A stretch of DNA of 35,906 nt from an uncultured Candidatus Saccharibacteria bacterium (lineage in GTDB: Bacteria; Patescibacteriota; UBA1384; CAYGGE01). Numbering within the stretch: position 1 is the first letter of the stretch; each line of letters opens with the position of its first letter. Location: contig CAZQGJ010000001.1 of assembly GCA_964592905.1 (NCBI GenBank), positions 1 to 35,906 on the forward strand. Reading direction: 5' to 3'. The notes below the pieces were generated by a model, which saw only the letters and a program-made list of their open reading frames with translations, made no database searches and was not told the origin of the DNA. This document shows positions 33,213 to 35,906 of this stretch, in pieces. The position numbers and the translations under genes are program-made.

Positions 33213-34844
33213 GTGTATAGTAGAGTCATGGAGTCTAAGCCTCACTTTTTGCGCGACATGAGTAAAGAGCAGAGCCCAGATGAGCGATCACTAGTCGCGG
33301 CTGAGATTAAAGGTATACGTAACGAGTATTTTCAACGTAGAGAAAGAGAAGCATCACTCGACGCGGAAGCGCAACAACTTGCCGACCGAATTAAAACTCT
33401 CAACTCATCAGGCATGAAAAAAATATGGAATTACTTTAGACTACGTGCATTACGCCAAGATCTCGAAACCACTCAAAATGCTTTGACGTCGAGTCAAGAA
33501 ATATCTGATGAAAGAGTTGAAGCGAAGACCTTACTCGATAATTTTTATCAACGACAGCAAAAGATGTGGGCGGAGTTACCGTATACGCCAGAACAAATTA
33601 AGCCATATTTTACCGAAGAATATCTTTCTAAGTTAAGCCTGGAAGAGTACGGCATGCTACTGCAACGGGTACCGTGTGAAATGACCACTCACGTAACAAG
33701 ACAGGGTATTCGAGATCATGCTAAGGGCGACCACATTTTAGGGCTCGATCAATACCATGACGGTTTTGTACAAGTTCTCAAGGATGGTCGGCTAAAGGCT
33801 GGTCTAACCCACGAGATCATGCAAGAAGGAAAACAAGAGGCCTTGGCACATTATTTTAAACGTAAGGCTGAGCTGATAATGAATCGCTGGCCTCAAGAAG
33901 GTAAGTCACTCAAAGACGAAGCCTACATCATACTCAAAACATTGCTTGAGTGGGGAGGCATACAAGATCATACAGCCGTTCATTTGGGACAAGGCGTAGT
34001 GCTCGATGATTTCTACGGTGGTGAAGCTGGCAATGAGATCTTTCTGGCTTATCCTCATATGCATTTGGCTGCCGAATATCAGCTGAAACCCACCCTTCAC
34101 AATAATATTGATTTCCATAACGATATTTGGGTTTGGACCAGAGAGAACAATGGTCTCAGTGTCAACGCGGGACTAGTCTTTATTCCTGAACGTACTCAAG
34201 TTGATCCTGAGACAGGCTCTAAATACGCCCTTGATCGTGAAAGAAAACCGATACCCGATCAGACGATGATCGATGCTTTAGCGGATTCACTGTCTAGAAT
34301 CGATCTACCGGCTTTTATTAAATTAGGTTTTAAATGTTATAACAGTATATCTCGTAATATGAATGAACTCCATGACTACATGAACGCAAATCAAGTTGAT
34401 GATCGTTTCCATGGGTGGCTAGACCATATTGGCATGATTAGCAATCTGCACCACATTATGATGTGGGTTGGCAAAAATCAAACGCCTCAGCAACAAGCAG
34501 TAGCCGTTGCTACTCAACTACTTAAAGATGAGGGACTATATTATCTCAGAGCTAGCGAAACAGTATCGGCGCGTGAGTATTGGGAACAATACTTCGCCCA
34601 ACATCCAGAACAACGCCCCTCAAAAATTGTTTACTACGAAGAACACAGTCCGACACAAGCATTGCATACCTGGCTCGAAGATAATGGTATTAACCAGTAT
34701 GCTCGGACTCAAAAACCTAAGGCGATGGATACTTTTCCAGAAAGTTCACCTTGGGATAGAGAAGAAAATCGGTTGGTTTATGGCGAAAAGGAAGTCGAAG
34801 ACTTTCGCATACTTGCCGAACAGGCGATTGAAAACTATCTCTAG
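33213..34844 (+). CDS. hypothetical protein (about 540 aa), His-rich, no recognised domain; true start may be the ATG at 33228
   Basis: Long ORF. TATAGT at 33216-33221 ends 6 nt before the ATG at 33228, so the mRNA may be leaderless. N-terminal coiled-coil-like segment. Confidence 0.8.
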   Translation: MYSRVMESKPHFLRDMSKEQSPDERSLVAAEIKGIRNEYFQRREREASLDAEAQQLADRIKTLNSSGMKKIWNYFRLRALRQDLETTQNALTSSQEISDERVEAKTLLDNFYQRQQKMWAELPYTPEQIKPYFTEEYLSKLSLEEYGMLLQRVPCEMTTHVTRQGIRDHAKGDHILGLDQYHDGFVQVLKDGRLKAGLTHEIMQEGKQEALAHYFKRKAELIMNRWPQEGKSLKDEAYIILKTLLEWGGIQDHTAVHLGQGVVLDDFYGGEAGNEIFLAYPHMHLAAEYQLKPTLHNNIDFHNDIWVWTRENNGLSVNAGLVFIPERTQVDPETGSKYALDRERKPIPDQTMIDALADSLSRIDLPAFIKLGFKCYNSISRNMNELHDYMNANQVDDRFHGWLDHIGMISNLHHIMMWVGKNQTPQQQAVAVATQLLKDEGLYYLRASETVSAREYWEQYFAQHPEQRPSKIVYYEEHSPTQALHTWLEDNGINQYARTQKPKAMDTFPESSPWDREENRLVYGEKEVEDFRILAEQAIENYL

Positions 34845-35081
34845 GAACACATTAGCATCTAGCTAACAGTGCAGTGCGTCGCATGGTTACCTTTATAGTC
34901 CATTCTGAATTTGAACCCTGAATGAGTTCTTTTGCGTTACAGATGGATTGTCATTCTTAATGAAAAGTGCTATTATCGGTTATTCTCTTTACTGTGCGGC
35001 CATCCGTAAAGGTTCGCTCAGAGAGAGACGTTCGCCGACGTATCGGCCAAGTCGGGAAAAGCCGATACAGAGGTCAGGGAA

Positions 35082-35696
35082 ATGCCTTCAGAGATTACCC
35101 GCCCGTTAGACGAGGGGGTGGAACTCAGCTTGCGCGAGTATTTGCTTCGTGTCATATATGTCACTGGTTTCCTCAAGCCATACGGGCTTGAGAACCCAGA
35201 CATGCCGTTGCCTGAGGTGCTCGTCCCTGACACCAGTCACTTCGACAGGCGAATCGCCACCATCGCTAAGGAACTGGAGCGTCTTCGAGCTCTAAAGCCA
35301 AAGGAGGCGGAGCAGGAGGCCATCACGCAGCACGCTGCTCAGGTGGCTGAGCAGGCCCAGATGAACGAACGCGAGGCCGCCAGACTGCAACTGTACCAGC
35401 ATATGATCGCTATGGTTGATGCCTGGCAGCCACCCGCCGGAGCGCAATTCGCAAGCTTCAAGGAGATAGCCAAGGGACTACTCACCCAGGATATCGAGCC
35501 CACAGAGGCTCCCGAAATCCCCAAGAAGCAATCGGGTTCAGAATGGCGCAACGGGCGAATCGCTCTTCTTGAACACCAGTTGGCCTTCTGCCAGAGGAAG
35601 CGCATCGAGCTACTTGAACAGGCCCAGCGAGACACAGCATTGCTTCAGGCGCTCATCAAGAGCACCAACGAGGAGATTGCTCCCATCACATCATAG
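35082..35696 (+). CDS. hypothetical protein (204 aa) in a locally GC-rich patch
   Basis: The ORF follows GAGG. It is helical and rich in Q, A and E. Its composition clearly differs from the adjacent element genes. Confidence 0.6.
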   Translation: MPSEITRPLDEGVELSLREYLLRVIYVTGFLKPYGLENPDMPLPEVLVPDTSHFDRRIATIAKELERLRALKPKEAEQEAITQHAAQVAEQAQMNEREAARLQLYQHMIAMVDAWQPPAGAQFASFKEIAKGLLTQDIEPTEAPEIPKKQSGSEWRNGRIALLEHQLAFCQRKRIELLEQAQRDTALLQALIKSTNEEIAPITS

Positions 35697-35803
35697 CCGT
35701 TAGCCAAGAATGGTGAAACGGAGAGGGCACATGACAGAATATCGTCGTGTGACCCTCACCCAAGAGTTTATTTATAAAAATTGATTCTTGTGGTGAGTGC
35801 TTA

Positions 35804-35840
35804 GTTTGAACCCCGCTACGGTCCACTAAAAGTCATAACT
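35804..35840 (+). repeat. att-like repeat, copy 3 (degenerate tRNA-Ala 3' end plus downstream flank)
   Basis: GTTTGAACCCCGCTACGGTCCACTAAAAGTCATAACT compared with GTTCGAATCCGCTATGGTCCACCAAAAAGTCATCACT. About 32 of 37 positions match by eye with two 1-nt indels, and the match includes the AAAAGTCAT flank. Confidence 0.6.
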
Positions 35841-35906
35841 AGTTGGTTAGCGGTAAGTTCAAGAATTTAATGCGCCACTTTCTTGTATTCCTGTAACAAC
35901 TCGTTC

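Larger units (their letters stand above)
29112..35840. mobile_element. ~6.7 kb integrative element (prophage remnant or satellite-like) at tRNA-Ala
   Basis: It is bounded by copies of the tRNA 3' end. It carries a large serine recombinase, a DUF1064-like nuclease, a ParB/methyltransferase gene, an HTH ORF and unknown cargo. No structural phage genes are present. Confidence 0.65.

Noticed and set aside
33061-33261. 66-aa ORF crossing the 33100-33145 hairpin
   Set aside because: It reads straight through both arms of the 17-bp terminator stem (the PPPRTLVRGGGP peptide). It is explained by the terminator.
34967-35233. ORFs 34967-35191 (+) and 35018-35233 (-)
   Set aside because: They are short and Arg-rich and overlap the better-supported 35082-35696 ORF. 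No RBS is present.
35867-35906. Possible 3' end of a minus-strand gene at the window edge (...NELLQEYKKVAH stop)
   Set aside because: Only about 13 codons are visible, which is too little to support a call.

Overview
This is a bacterial chromosomal window of about 35.9 kb, and nearly all genes are on the + strand. The housekeeping backbone carries seven tRNA genes: Leu-CAG, a Leu-GAG/Phe-GAA/Val-TAC cluster, Leu-TAA and Ala-GGC. It also carries nrdAB behind a compact cobalamin-riboswitch-like leader, rpsA, a DHH phosphoesterase, a lytic transglycosylase, a compact alaS, a short uvrA, rnhB, and a manC/wecB-like/pgi sugar block. The NrdB sequence shows the class Ic signature. Two accessory segments interrupt the backbone. 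(1) An AT-richer island (about 8.7-19.2 kb) lies between tRNA-Leu(TAA) and the transglycosylase gene and has no integrase. It holds a Type I R-M system (EcoAI/EcoEI-like HsdR plus a fused HsdM-HsdS), followed in the same tightly packed array by two unassignable ORFs (223 aa and 847 aa, translationally coupled), a Cas4/RecB-like PD-(D/E)xK nuclease with Cys clusters, and a DUF2971 protein. I consider the unknown pair, together with the nuclease and DUF2971, the best candidate for an undescribed defence module. (2) A roughly 6.7 kb integrative element lies downstream of tRNA-Ala(GGC). It has a large serine recombinase, three copies of the tRNA 3' end (two perfect, one degenerate), a DUF1064-like nuclease, a ParB-domain/DNA methyltransferase gene interrupted by one in-frame TAA, a small HTH ORF and unknown cargo. 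No CRISPR array or reverse transcriptase was seen. All calls come from reading motifs and hand-folding; no searches were run.
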